64,000 bases of DNA, taken from NCBI GenBank assembly GCA_965644295.1, contig CBFFRP010000410.1, forward strand, positions 248,001 through 312,000, given 5' to 3'. Shown piece by piece: positions 1 through 12,621 of the stretch. The stretch comes from Paraphysomonas bandaiensis (Eukaryota; Protista; Chrysophyceae). Made by a program: the position numbers and the translations under genes. How positions within the stretch are numbered: position 1 is the stretch's first letter; the number at the start of each line of letters is the position of its first letter. The notes beneath the pieces were generated by a model. That model saw nothing but the letters and a program-made list of their open reading frames with translations. It searched no databases and was not told where the DNA came from.

Positions 1-1399
1 TCCGCTTCGGCAGCTGGTGCTATACTGGACGTGTGCAGCTGACACCCGTCATCAACCTCACTGATGTGCCCTACGTCATTCCTGCTCTCCGTATGCAACA
101 GAGCCGCCTTAACTATTTTTGTGATGTTAACCGTATGCCAAACGCTTCGTACTTTACGAAACCGATGGAGCTCATTCAATCCCTCTCCCCCGTTATAGAA
201 GAAGAGATATACAAGTCGGAGGAGACCTTACGTGCGCTTATCGATAGACTGAGTAGAATGGGCCTTGGAGAGTCTGTGACAAAATGGCTGGAAGGTGACT
301 CGACTAACTCATTCTTCGAGTTCCGACTTGCACCAACTCCGGAGATGGAGAGGTACTACACACTCCGCATCATATTATCCTACATGCTTATTTTTTGTAC
401 ATAATAGTTCTTATTTTTGTGTGATATTTGTTGCGTAGAGCTTTAAAACGGATGGAGTTAATTGCTTCAAAGTGCTACCATCCTTCAGGAATCATTACAA
501 TTACGATTGTATTTCAGGTGCATTGATTTACATACTATAGTGCACTTTATTGATGTATGCATATCCCTCATTTGTTGTCGTGTTACATGTGAGCATATTA
601 TCACCTCCTAACTTATCACATCTATACAGAAAGTTATCTACGTAACGGTAATGGAGGGTGGCGAGGAGAATCCACTACTGGACTCCCGTTTTCCGGATGT
701 GTCTGCGAAAGGTCGGGGATATCAGTTACAGTCGTATCCTGAAGGGGTCGACAAGTGGCCATCACTGCGCCGTGTGACTATCTGGCAGACAGTGGCTGCT
801 CTTGAACAAGAGTTTCGTGATCGTGCTGCTCGCCTCGCGGAGGCCAAGAAGACCATTGAGACTGGAGGTGGAGAGAGTTCTTCTGAGCAGATCAACCCTG
901 AAGAAGCACCAGCCAGCAAAGCAGTGACTTCGACCCCTACAGGAGCAAAGGCAACGCTAACGCGTAACTGCCATTCTTTTGCGGACCGCATTGAAGATGC
1001 TGGGACAGTGTTTGACGACGAATTTGATATCGCTGAAGGAAAGAAGGTTTCAACTCCAAAATCCGCCGTCAAGGGCTCGACAGCCGATGTACCCAGGTCG
1101 AACTCTATGTCAGACTTTACTTCATCATCGAAGGCAGGGGTTGATCTTAAAGGGGAGTCTCCCGCGCAATCCCCAGTGAAAGGAGAGTCTTCGTCACCAG
1201 TTTCACGGTTTACTGTGGCCAGGCCTCATCACTTGCCTAAAATGGATTCACTTTCTAAAAAGTTGGATCAGATCAGAGCAGAAATGGGAGAAGAGGTAAA
1301 TGTCGTTAGAGTATACTATCTGTTTGTAATTGTATTTAGGGAGCACTGCCAAATTGGAATTCTTTTGGTAAGCCTTTAAAGAAGCTGGGAGAGAAGTAG
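1..1399 (+). CDS. 5'-truncated multi-exon hypothetical protein with a low-complexity S/E/K-rich C-terminal half
   Basis: Frame is open from the window start. GT-AG introns (353-438, 518-629, 1297-1340) join ORFs 33..404 and 651..1379 in frame; the last exon GALPNWNSFGKPLKKLGEK ends at TAG 1397-1399. No family recognised. Confidence 0.7.
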
Positions 1400-1987
1400 T
1401 TTGACAAAGAATGTGATGCAGTGAGTATTACAAGATAGTATGTTGTGCGGCGTTGCGGCATTAGTGTGGGACGAGGGAATTTTTTCGATATGAACACATG
1501 TGTTATTGTGATATGATTCCTATGTGAAAACTAACTGTAGTTAGCTGGCGATGCTAATCAGAAAGGCTCAATAAAATATTGCAGCAATCCCATAGCCAGT
1601 AATAATCAAAATATTATTTTCTATCTGTTGAAATTTGTCACGAAAGTTTTGATGTGCTACTAGAGAATATTAAAATAGAGATTATTGTATGAATCTAAAA
1701 CTATGAATAATTGTGGTCGCAGAAATACGCACCACAGTGAGATTTATAGTTAGAAATCCATTAAGCGTGACATATTTGTAACGAAAGGTATATATATAAA
1801 CTTCGTACTACTATTCCGTACTATAGTGATATCGATTCTAATATACACAAGACACAAGTAAACTTTTCTCCAAGAGAACTTGAAATCTTGAATTATACAT
1901 TACTTAACACCGAAACATCATAATCAAACTTGGAATGAACACCGGATACACAACTACCAGCTACCGCTAATTGGAAAGAAAATTTTT

Positions 1988-3784
1988 TCATATATTGGCA
2001 GAATTGTCATTGGGAGTCATCTGTACGCCATTAGACCTTCTGTCGTCATAGCCTTTTGCGCTCTGTGAAGAGCCGTCTATTTCAATAAAATGAAACAGTA
2101 TCGTGGCAACAATAGACAAGAACAACAGAAAAGTCCACATGAAGTATAAATATGCCCACATGTCGTGAAAACCGGTGTACGAGTCATCACAAACGCCATC
2201 ATGCATAAGACCTCGGTAATATCGATTCAGGGGTTTGCATTCGATTTGAGCGAGGGCATCATTGATTGCTGTCAAAATTACCTGGCATAGAGTGACGTGA
2301 GTAGAGATTTAGCAGGCCTTGAGAAAAATATTCAACCTGAATAGATGCCCTGGCGTCAAGCAAGTGAGGATTATCTTCACATACTCCCCCACTTCCACTG
2401 AGGTCTTCGATTTCATCATCAAGTACTAAAGTTGCATTCTTGGCCTCATCTGTATAACACACACATTAAATATTATTCCACGTGGACTCATAACATGTTT
2501 AAAGCAGTAGTGAGTTTCTGTCATTGCTTACTTAGTGATACATTCAGCGGATTAACTCCCTCACAATCCAAATAGAATTCAATGGTTTGAAGCGTGCTGT
2601 TCTCGTAGTTCTTTCTCGCAATTTCGATTACATTTTCGTCCGGACTCATACAGAAGTCCGCTATCCCCATCTGAAGAAATAAGAATACCCATTTAGTGAT
2701 ATATAACCCCAGTATTGCTACAAAATAACCCACCAGAAAAACCAGTAACAGTATACAAATCACTAGCAGACCGAACATTACAAAGACAGATGAGAATATC
2801 GAGCATCCAATGGCAGGTTTCGTTTTCGATGCATACCCCAGCAAGTAAAACGCAAGAAGAAAAAGAAGAATACAAAAAAATATCCACACGACAGTATTTT
2901 TCTTCTCAACACCATATTCGCGCATATTATCGCGAACAGTTTCAATTTTGCTAGGCATTTCGGCTGTACAGGAAAGATTAGGGCTAGCATACTTTCAGTT
3001 AACAATACAGATCCTACCAAAATACTCCACAAATTCTTCTGCTTTCTCCACATATTCATCCAGATAAAACTTAAGATCAGCTGCAAGAACGCAACCACTA
3101 TTGATGGCCTCGTCTATGTCATCTTCTATATTTTTTGCTTCTCTAAACATGACTTCAGAATCGTAAACGAGGGCTAAGAATGAACATGTTCAAAAGTATG
3201 TATGCTTAAGAAGTGTGAAATACCATACCATCAACAACGTCATCTACTGAATCGATTGAATCCAAACCTGTGGAACGACATCAGTGTCATACGTATCGTA
3301 TATTTCAATAATAACCTTTCTTCACGCCCTTTGTTACTGTGGCATTAGCCCCCACCATTGCAAATATAAGTGCCAATATTACAGCAACAAATAAAAAAAA
3401 GAGTAAACTGAGGCGTCTTTCCTCCCACATAGCATCTTTTACATTGGAGCTGTTGACCTGTAGAGGACCTCCATATCTACAGCATCTATATACCATCCAT
3501 AGAGTGAATAGGACCACAACTATGAAGCCAATAACACCCAATAGAACAGGAAATACTACTAATGATCTTGAGTATTCACTGTCACCTGTTTGGAACTGAT
3601 AGAGGGGGTTAGAATGAATAGATGAGGGAGTCTATCTGGAGATTGTTACCTCACTGTCCACTGGGGTTAAATCAGTGTCTAAATGAGGGAGATTATGAAT
3701 ATTCTTTACATTCTGATTAGGGCTATAAGCCATAGCAGTGATGAGAGGGAATGTTAATAGATAATGGAGATATATGTCGTTCAT
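1988..3784 (-). CDS. Tweety-family (TTYH-like) multi-pass membrane protein
   Basis: The spliced N-terminus YSPNQNVKNIHNLPHLDTDLTPVDSE|FQTGDSEYSRSL matches the TTYH N-terminal pattern. Also seen: TM1 followed by RCCR, the DFCMSPD motif, and YRGLMHDGVCDDSYTG before the last TM. ATG at 3784; joins ORFs 3305..3541, 2521..2958, 2259..2462 and 1988..2275. Confidence 0.8.
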
Positions 3785-4360
3785 GTTGTCTATATGTATG
3801 TCTACTGGGCCTCATATACATAGTTACCATCACCACACTCTCGTATCTAACAACCTGCCTGAGAATATTCGATGGAAGGATACTATGTATGTATTCACGT
3901 ACTGTACTTCTGAATGAAGTATAAACCAGAAGATCGTGACGTTAACTTTGTGTTCTGCAGCTCCGAGTCAGGCGGAGTGTTTCAATCATAGAATGACACA
4001 CTACTGTATCCCTCACTTCATTCTTTCTATTCTTTTCCATATAGACTAATCATATCCCTTGAAAACATCATTTCCATATCTGATTGGCTTGACTCCCTTT
4101 CATCAATCCTGAAAAACTGAAAACACTATCCATTCAAGATATCAAAACAATAGCCAATGAAATCACAGATGTCCAAAACTTCATTGATAGGATACCAAAA
4201 TATTGCTACATCTAACTACTGTATGAGATGCTACTGTACCATGATGTACCCATATGGTACATATGGTCACTATTACCACACTGGAATCATAACTAAAGAA
4301 TAGTTAAAGGATTGTTTACTTGTCAATATTCGTGACAGATATTGATCTGATAGTGTCGAG

Positions 4361-6179
4361 ATGTCTGTTGATACTGATTGTGATGGTGTTAGTAGTGGAA
4401 CTAAGAACAATGATGATGTCGATGTGTTAATTGTAGGAGCAGGTTGTATACATGTATATATATGACACACTTGTTGATTAAACGGTCACATTGCGGTGTA
4501 TAGGAATAGCTGGACTATCTGCTGCACGTGAGTTGATTGCTTCTGGCTTTCGAGTACGTGTTATTGAAGCTCAGTCCAGAATTGGTGGTCGAGTGTGTCC
4601 GGTCACCTGCTCCGCTAACCTCATCCCTGAAGAAGAGAGTGCTAACTTCAAGGACATTGTAGTTGAATGTGGAGCCAACTGGGTACACAATTTGAGTTCT
4701 GAGAACCCGATATACAACATAGCAGAGCGGGAGAATTTGAGATTTGTGCCTTCATTAGGAGATGATGACCTAGATGTCACCGCAATGATAGCTGACCGTA
4801 TTTATTACACACAACAAGGCACCCCACGTGTTTTCTCAACATCAGAATTAGAAGAAGCAAAAGAGGTCTGTGAGCGATTTCGCACACGCATGGCCTCTAC
4901 ACGGAAGAACCTTGGTAAGAAAACGGCCGAGAAAAGGCGAAAAACCACTGTAGCCGATATATTTCGTCGATATATTGCTAACGAAGAAGAAGCAGGCTCA
5001 TTGAGTGCCTCGACGCGACAGATACTGCATTGGATGCACGAGCAGCATGGCATCGCGGAAGCAAGGGATTTGGACATGTTGACTTTCAGTCGGTGGTTCG
5101 ATGTACCTGACGATGCTGCACACGGAGAAGGGTTAGTTATTGGTGGAATAAGCCAAATTCTCCCTAAATTGGCCGAAGGTGTTGATATTGTACTGAATTG
5201 CCCTGTCAGTGATATACGCTGGAAAAAGCCGGAGGATCCTGCCTCGAAATCGTACAAATCTCTCACCCACTCGCAGTGCTTCCATTGCTCTACCGCTTTG
5301 GACAACTGCGCATCAGAAATTACACTGGTCACCCCCAAAGGTGATATTAGTGCTAAACATGTCATCGTCGCTGTCCCATGTGGTGTTTTAAAACGCGGAA
5401 CATTGAGATTTCACCCTCCCCTTCCGCCTAGCATCCAGAATTCGATTGACATTTTACAACCAGGGTTAATGGACATTGTTGTCTTCCGGTTTGCGGAGCA
5501 GTTCTGGCCATCAGATGTCTTTGTTTTCGGTGTTCCTCCTACTGAATTTCATTCTGCCACTCATCCGAGGAATTCACAGGCTATACACGAATACGCAGAT
5601 TTCGCTTATCGACGCTCCACGAGGGCAATGAGCGAAGGCTCCAACCAGTCCAACCATTCCTCCCATTCTGATTGGGACTATGGTGAAGATGAGACAAGTT
5701 TATATGAGCATATACCCATCCCTCCTAATTGCCTGTTTTCATCATTTATGAACCTTTCCCAGAGTCGGTTAGATGGCAGTGCAGTGTTGCTAGCACAGGT
5801 CTACGGCCGTAGAGCCCGTATAGTGGAATCGATGACCCCACAAGAACTCAGCGCCGCTGCTGTGTCTACCTTGAAGATGATTTTCGGCGATAATGTTCCA
5901 TCTCCTATTGGATGTGCTACCCATAAGTGGGGAAGGGATGAGTTTTGCTTTGGGTCGTGGAATAACTTTAGGGTCGGGGTGACCCTCCAAGATATATTCC
6001 AATTTACACTTCCGGTGTCATGTCCGCTAGGTGAGGAGTCTCCATGCTGTTTGCAGATGGCTGGAGAGTGGACACATTCTACCAAAATGGGGCTTATGCA
6101 AGGTGCATTCGAAACTGGAGAAAGATGCGCGAGACATATAATCAGTCATCACAAAAAGAAAGCAGCAAATCATATATAA
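4361..6179 (+). CDS. Flavin-containing amine oxidase (polyamine oxidase/LSD1-like Amino_oxidase family)
   Basis: Exon 1 (4361-4442) DVLIVGAG + intron 4443-4503 + IAGLSAA rebuilds the GxGxxG Rossmann motif. Also EAQSRIGGRV, ECGANWVH, WGRDEFCFGSW and AGEWT...GAFETGERCA. Confidence 0.9.
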
Positions 6180-7170
6180 GTATGATCTTTTATCTTATGA
6201 ACATGCATATTTTATATTTTTGGGGGCTAGAATGCAGGTTCATGACATTGATGTATTTAGCTTTAATTTGGTGCTTAAGGTATTATGCGCATTTACATTT
6301 TACATATTCGCAATGATGATGGGTTTCGTTTACTTCATGGAATTAGACAATATTAAACTTTTATTCTTATCTAGTACATCCGTTCGATACCAGATTTTTA
6401 TCATGCCAAATTGATCCTTTGGATCGAATAATGTTTAAATATTTATATTGCTTTAAAAATCAATCATGTGGATATGCTCTTTGTTGCCTGGCATACGTTA
6501 CATCGATGTATTACAATTTCTTTAGTCATAGTAAGTGAGTCGCCCGTTTACCTCAACAATATCATGAGTAGTATTCAATAGTAATAAATCACATTTTTGA
6601 AACATAGAAGTAGAATTATGAAGTGCAGTGTTATGAATAATATTTTCTCTGTGGCTATGTCATTTGCACATCGTTGCATGAATTGATACCTTACGCCGGA
6701 ATTTTGAGTCCGCTCTTACATATGTCAACACAACCCGTTTTTTGCGGTATAGAAATTATATATTCTTTGTTGGTATGTGTATTACTTGCCTAAGTATAGT
6801 CTAACTTCTTACAAGTCAGCAAACGGACTTTATGAAGTTGATTTGCAGGACACATGATTCTGAAGAATAATGTCACTAAACATCGTTAGGTATTCAGGAT
6901 CCACTATATAAACTACAGTATTCTACGCATTGAAATGAGGTTCGTGGCAGTTTGTTCATTAACATTCAAACTTGTTGCGAAGAACAGATAGCGCAGTTCT
7001 CAACAGTTAAATGACAAGGGCTAGCCCACTAAAACTAAACAGATGTAAGTCATTCGGAGGAGCCTTAATCATATTCAGGTATTATAATTAATCGAAATTT
7101 CAATACAGACAGATGTGTACCGGGCAACTATGAACCCCTGCTACATTATCAGTTAAATATACCATCGTAC

Positions 7171-7569
7171 TCACATCTCTTCGTCGCTGCTTTCGCTATC
7201 TGTAACACTATTCAGTTTCTCCCGAAGAAAATCGACAATCGCACGCTGCGTTCTTCGTCGCAGTTTTTCCTGTTTCGGCTCCAAAAACTTTTTGATGTCC
7301 CAATTATTACTTTTCGGTAATATATTCAGTTCTTCTGAATTAAATTGGCGAAGTTCCTTCTTTATTGGGTTATCCGTTCCGCTTCCTTCAGGCACAGCAG
7401 GCTCATTTTCCGTTACCGCTGATTGGGATGTTGCAGATGGCTGTACTTCACTCGACGCTTCAGCCGCCTTGATAAGAGAGTGATCTCGTGGTTGATAGTT
7501 ACGGAATTTAATGCGCTTCGATTCTCCGCCTTTCGAGTTCCCGGCCTTCTCTCTTATGCTCTGTGGCAT
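7171..7569 (-). CDS. CWF18: Cwf18/CCDC12 pre-mRNA splicing factor
   Basis: IKFRNYQPRD and ILPKSNNWDIKKFLEPKQEKLRRRTQRAIVDFLREKL match the cwf18 family motifs. Confidence 0.88.
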   Translation of the reverse strand: MPQSIREKAGNSKGGESKRIKFRNYQPRDHSLIKAAEASSEVQPSATSQSAVTENEPAVPEGSGTDNPIKKELRQFNSEELNILPKSNNWDIKKFLEPKQEKLRRRTQRAIVDFLREKLNSVTDSESSDEEM

Positions 7570-8183
7570 TTATTTAAATAAAAATATATATGTTTATAAT
7601 ACTGGAGGGTATATAATACATACGTATAGCCCTGTATATGCATATTCATGTCTATCTACATATATATCACCTGTAACTTGCGCTTTCTCTCTTCTGTTGC
7701 TGTGTCACTCATTTCTATATATAAAATACGACTTAACGCCAAAGATGGAGTGTGAAGATATGGCGTTGAGAAGCAACAAGAGAATAGAAACTTGCTTGTC
7801 GCTCTCGGGTTTACGTTGCTTGCGTAAAAGGATTGCTATTGGGGTTAATTGTAATAACCGCACCTGCAATAGTGGTGATTATAGTGGTGATTGACTGTCT
7901 TAATACGATCACTTGCTGCTCCTCGTACCGCTGCTATATACTGTTGCTGTATTGTACATGCCACACATGGACGAGAGTATACAATATATACAGTATGGTG
8001 TAGCCACTTTCCGCCCTGAAAAAAGGGAAAAAGTTGTATTTTAGTGCTAAATATCAGAATCTACCTGGTTTTGGAATATGTATATGTAAAAATGCTACGA
8101 ATATGAGTTAGGAGATCAAATGACCTACGTATAAACTAACCACTTTACAAGACAAGCTTCAGTGAAGATCTTGGCAATCCGAA

Positions 8184-9122
8184 ATGAAGCACTGTAGTGA
8201 ATGCGATGAAGATTATGATGTAGAGGATGAGTATTGCCACATATGCGGGGCTAAGATGGAGAGTGTGAGCCCTCCAGAGGCTCAAACTGAACACACTGAG
8301 GAAGATATGTTTTCACAGCTTTCTTCCATTCTTGATATATTCGGAGTAGATTTCCAGGATGATATTCAGGCAGCTCTGTCACAATCTCAAGTAACAGCTA
8401 TATCCAGAGAGTATGCTTCGTCATTGGGGAAGGTTACTGTGGATAGACGAGGCAGTATATTGTATAATTGCTCCATATCAATGGGGCCATTAAAATTAAG
8501 TGCGACAACTTCTGAATTTAGTATTTTACCATTTGAGCGTACGCCATCCGCCCCGTTGGTGCTGGGGCAGCCACTCTGTGGTGAAAGTGAATTTGCCAAC
8601 GGTGCAGATATTGCTGGGGCAATAGTATTCGTGAAACGTGGAATTGTCACATTTGCCACCAAGGTCAAGCACGCTATGAATGCTGGTGCCGTTGGCGTTA
8701 TTGTTCATCAGACCGCTGAGCGGTGGCCTTTTGTTATGACCGATTCCTCTCAAGAGCTTCAAGGCATAGATGTAAATATTCCTGTTCTAATGGTTAATGA
8801 ATCGGACGGAAATCTTCTCACTAAACTACTAGAAGCAAAAAACCGAAATACCCAAAGTGTATCACTCTTATGCACAAAAGGTGCTACAGAATGTTCTATT
8901 TGTCATGATGACATGCATGAAGGAGAAGTGGTACTGAAGCTTCCTTGTAGTCATGTTTATCACAATGAGTGTGTAATGGGATGGCTGACAAGTCACAACA
9001 CGTGCCCCTTGTGTAGACATGAGTTACCTGCTGCATCTAGGCAAGAGCAAACAGAGAACATGAGGCAGCAGCGTGGGCGTAGAGATGAGAACGCTGCTCA
9101 TAGACAAGCATTCATGGTGTAA
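8184..9122 (+). CDS. Zinc-ribbon + PA domain + RING-H2 E3 ubiquitin ligase
   Basis: N-terminal CSEC...CHICG; PA motif GAIVFVKRGIVTFATKVKHAMNAGAVGVIV; RING-H2 CSICHDD...LPCSHVYHNECVMGWLTSHNTCPLCR. Intronless. Confidence 0.9.
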   Translation: MKHCSECDEDYDVEDEYCHICGAKMESVSPPEAQTEHTEEDMFSQLSSILDIFGVDFQDDIQAALSQSQVTAISREYASSLGKVTVDRRGSILYNCSISMGPLKLSATTSEFSILPFERTPSAPLVLGQPLCGESEFANGADIAGAIVFVKRGIVTFATKVKHAMNAGAVGVIVHQTAERWPFVMTDSSQELQGIDVNIPVLMVNESDGNLLTKLLEAKNRNTQSVSLLCTKGATECSICHDDMHEGEVVLKLPCSHVYHNECVMGWLTSHNTCPLCRHELPAASRQEQTENMRQQRGRRDENAAHRQAFMV

Positions 9123-9999
9123 TTAGATGAGGTACGGGAAGTACTTTCCACTTAGAGGTCTAACAAGTATTGACCGCTAATGTTATAGATTCTGTTGTAG
9201 CAAACAGAGAGTGTGTATAAAATATTTTACAGTATTAATAACTGTATCAAAACTTCATTACATAACCAGACCTAGCTATGACTTGTGCCTATTCCATTGA
9301 CTCTGTAGAAATCAGCTTCAACACATTAACTTTCCTACAAATATGATAGTTTCTTATGATACTTCATCCATAGACGTTATATACAAACGACCAGGTAGAA
9401 AATAGTACTATAACAAGCTACAAGCATCTAGCATCCAAGGTCTTATATAATTGGTATCAGATCTCTAAAATCATTGCATGTCTTAAGAACAGGTACTTCA
9501 CATCACAGCCGTTGAATTCTCACTCATTTCTCTTACAGAACGAAACAACTCTATCTATATCTCCACGGCAGCATACAGCACTTCTTATCTTTGAAACGCG
9601 CAATGCCCAAGCTCCATCGCCAACATATATGAATATATGAAAGATCTTACCCCGCAGTATCGTCACCTAATCATTCAATTTGCGGCATTCAAGCATATAT
9701 AGTGACACCATCTCTGTCTCGTACCATGAAACCAGAGGTCTGAATAGACTGTCTCCGTTCCCTTCAATCAATATATCCAATCCGGACAGCTGAGTACATG
9801 AATTCGTAGAACATAATAAGATCTGATGCATTCAACACTCACTCTCATGAGTATACATCCATCAGTACTCAAAGTAGTAAACAACTTTTCTAAGTAGCAA
9901 AGCTGTTTTCTCCACGATAAAACATCAGCTCTGCCAACCAGAAATCATGCCACTTAATTGTATAGTCTATATATATATTATGTATCAACTCTGTCGTGT

Positions 10000-10367
10000 A
10001 AATAGCGGTTTTAAAAGACAGACAAATAAGAAGTAAGACAATTAAATAAAGTGAACTTCGACTTCGTTTATTATGCGTGTATGATAGTATGATAGCTGCA
10101 TGTCGTATATGAATTTTTGTATATTGAGATGATAGTACGAGTGAGAGATCTCATATAAATGGCTTTACTTCTTCGTGTTGCTGTCTATTTATTAGGGATA
10201 GTGTCATCATATCCATAGCTGATACGGAGATATATATACCTCAAGGTAACGACATTCGTATGTTATATATGACCATGTAAATCTAGTTCACAGGCCCTAT
10301 ACTCGAAGAGTTTGATACAGATCTCAACTATGGTGGGTTAGTGTTGTATTTTGATCAGCCAGTGCTT
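10000..10367 (+). pseudogene. Truncated duplicate of the promoter, exon 1, intron 1 and start of exon 2 of the giant repeat-protein gene
   Basis: Near-identical to 16299-16667. Carries a 1-bp deletion in exon 1 (gtgtcatcat vs gtgtcagtcat) and a few substitutions; ends abruptly at gccagtgctt. Confidence 0.92.
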
Positions 10368-11825
10368 AGAGCTACCTGAGAAGTGGCTCAGGAAAATGGT
10401 GTAATAGTAGAGTAGCCTCGAGGGCACTTGATACTGCCATGTTAGTATGTTGTGAATGTGACTAACGATTATACACAATGGTGGTACGAAAAAATCCTGC
10501 GACCCGTGACGATGGGGCAGGTGGCTCGCTATGGACGCCGGCTATGGTGGATAGCATGTCAAGGACTGTGTCGTCCTTCAGTAACTGCCCGAGAGTAGTG
10601 TATGTACTGCGTCTAGAGAGAACAGTGTATGAGACACATGTGTATATGTACCACATCGACTGCGTCTAGGGAGACCAGTAAGAGTTGTGTTGGTACTGTG
10701 CGTACTGTATCTAGAGAGATCAGCGCGAACTGTGTCTGTGAAAATGTACCTTTTTTTGTGTCTAGTGAGATCAGTGGTACTGTACCTGCTGAGTCTAGAG
10801 GGAGACTTGCGTGGTAAGCGTACGGGTGTTGACTAGTGTGTTCACCCTGGGTGAGGTAAACCTTCTCCATGATGAGGAGATTGTCAATCTGTGTGATGAC
10901 AGTGACTGTGTCTAATAACTATAACATAATATGTCTAATTGTAGAGAGACCAAGGCATAATATATGCGAAGTTTGTTAATTGCGTTGATTCGCTCCAGTG
11001 TGTAAGTATCAGGCTATGTCACTGGTATGCAGGAACTGTGTGGCTTCGGGGGGTGTTGGTCGAACTGGGACTTCGATTATACGAACCCACTCCATTATTC
11101 CTGACAGCCAGAGCGCACGTAACATAGCGTGTTGAATGTTGTGGTGTGATTGATCTGAGGAGGATCAGAAATCATACGTGGTAGTTATCAGAGACAGAAG
11201 ATCATATGGATGTGTTGTTTATGGTGAGGCTAGCTGAAACGTCGGAGTTATACGTCCACCGGTTTGTCCTATGAGGTTTTGGTGGTTGCGTATCCGTCAG
11301 TGATGTCTTGTGATGTAAGGATTCAATCTACAGCGTATCCGCCAGTTATGTCTTGCGATGTAAAGATTCATTCTACAGCGTATCCGTCAGTTATGTCTTG
11401 CGAAGTGAAGATTCAATGTACAGCTCATGAGGTCTTGGTGGTTATGAGTCGTGGTTTGACAATTCAATGTACAGCTTTGAATTGAGAGGGAGTGTTGAGT
11501 TTTGCTGTTTAAGCAATTAAAAGCTGTAATTCTAAGATATTGGAATTATGACGGTTACTGGAGAATACAGTAGTGGTTAACTGTATTATGAGAAGTAGTG
11601 AGAACTGAATATAATATATTGACCATACAAGAAGATAGTGACGATATAAGATCGTACTAGAAATGAGTGGTAGTAGAGATAACATGATATTGATGAATGA
11701 GAAGAGATATTGATTATGATTTTATAATAAGATTAATGAGTAAATAAACGTCCAGTTAACTTAGTAAATCATCCAATTGTGTCATAACTTGACAGTACCG
11801 GCATATTTAGGGATATACAACAACA
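10368..11825 (+). mobile_element. 3' remnant of an LTR retrotransposon (3' internal region with tandem repeats, PPT and 3' LTR)
   Basis: Polypurine tract GAGAGGGAG (11484-11492) is directly followed by TGTTG (11493), with matching CAACA ending at 11825. This gives a ~333-bp LTR with inverted termini and an internal AATAAA. No 5' LTR or pol seen. Confidence 0.65.
11288..11470 (+). repeat. 45-bp tandem repeat (3 good copies + 1 degenerate)
   Basis: GCGTATCCGYCAGTKATGTCTTGYGAWGTRARGATTCAWTSTACA units start at 11288, 11333 and 11378, with a degenerate unit at 11423. Confidence 0.9.
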
Positions 11826-12192
11826 TGACCGTTAAGCGGCTTCGTAATCTTTACATTTATACCATAAAATATTCTGTTTGCGCTTTATAATTGTAATATG
11901 TTTTCTAAAAATGACACTGAATACCCGCGATGGTAGAATGTTATTGCCGCAAGTATCAACGATGCAATTGAACTGAGTCCCCTTTTCAAATATACTTCAT
12001 TTCTTATTCCTTAAGTAAAAAACAATATCTGGAACCTTGTTATAACCAACACAAATAATTTGCGCTTTATCCACCAATGAACAGTAACCGGGGAGCACCA
12101 TATATATTTTTTTACCGTGACCTAAAATTAAAATAATAGAATTCATTAATACATATATACACAGTTTGTTTATGTACGTACTTGCTCCTTTT

Positions 12193-12621
12193 TTAGAATT
12201 CAATATATGCGTGCTCGTTCAATGTTATTTTTCTCGGCTCGTGATCACGAGGTGCAGTTGTCGACAGTTTTATAATTACAGTGTCAATACGGCGCGATGC
12301 AATGGCTTCACATTTGGCAACCATCTTGTTATCAGAAATTGTAAAATGACAACTTTCATTATGTTGTCGAATTGTTTCAACTCCGTCGGAGCAACAAGTG
12401 AGTATCTCTGGCGTAAATTGAACAAGAATATCGCGATTCATCGAGTGCCTTTGAGTAATGGTTATATCATGACACAACGTTTGAAGGCTTTCACAGTGAT
12501 CTCTTTCATTTGATATGCAAACCTCATAATATATATAAGCCAAATAAGGATGGGGTATCGAAAATTTCTTTTCCTCGTCAGTTGCAAAGTGGAATTCAAA
12601 ATCGTGTGTCAGTTCAGTCAT
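12193..12621 (-). CDS. Orphan intronless 142-aa ORF inside the accessory insert
   Basis: ATG-started ORF with globular-protein-like composition and a TATA-like CTTATATAGG ~90 bp upstream on the minus strand. No family recognised. Confidence 0.4.
   Translation of the reverse strand: MTELTHDFEFHFATDEEKKFSIPHPYLAYIYYEVCISNERDHCESLQTLCHDITITQRHSMNRDILVQFTPEILTCCSDGVETIRQHNESCHFTISDNKMVAKCEAIASRRIDTVIIKLSTTAPRDHEPRKITLNEHAYIEF

Noticed and set aside
9660-9830. Minus-strand IEGNGDSLFR resembling an OTU protease motif
   Set aside because: Catalytic Cys is absent, the frame is short, and there is no coherent gene model.
10600-10810. Repeat-spacer pattern resembling a CRISPR array
   Set aside because: Repeats are degenerate and irregularly spaced (33-53 bp), there are no cas genes, and the context is eukaryotic TE sequence.
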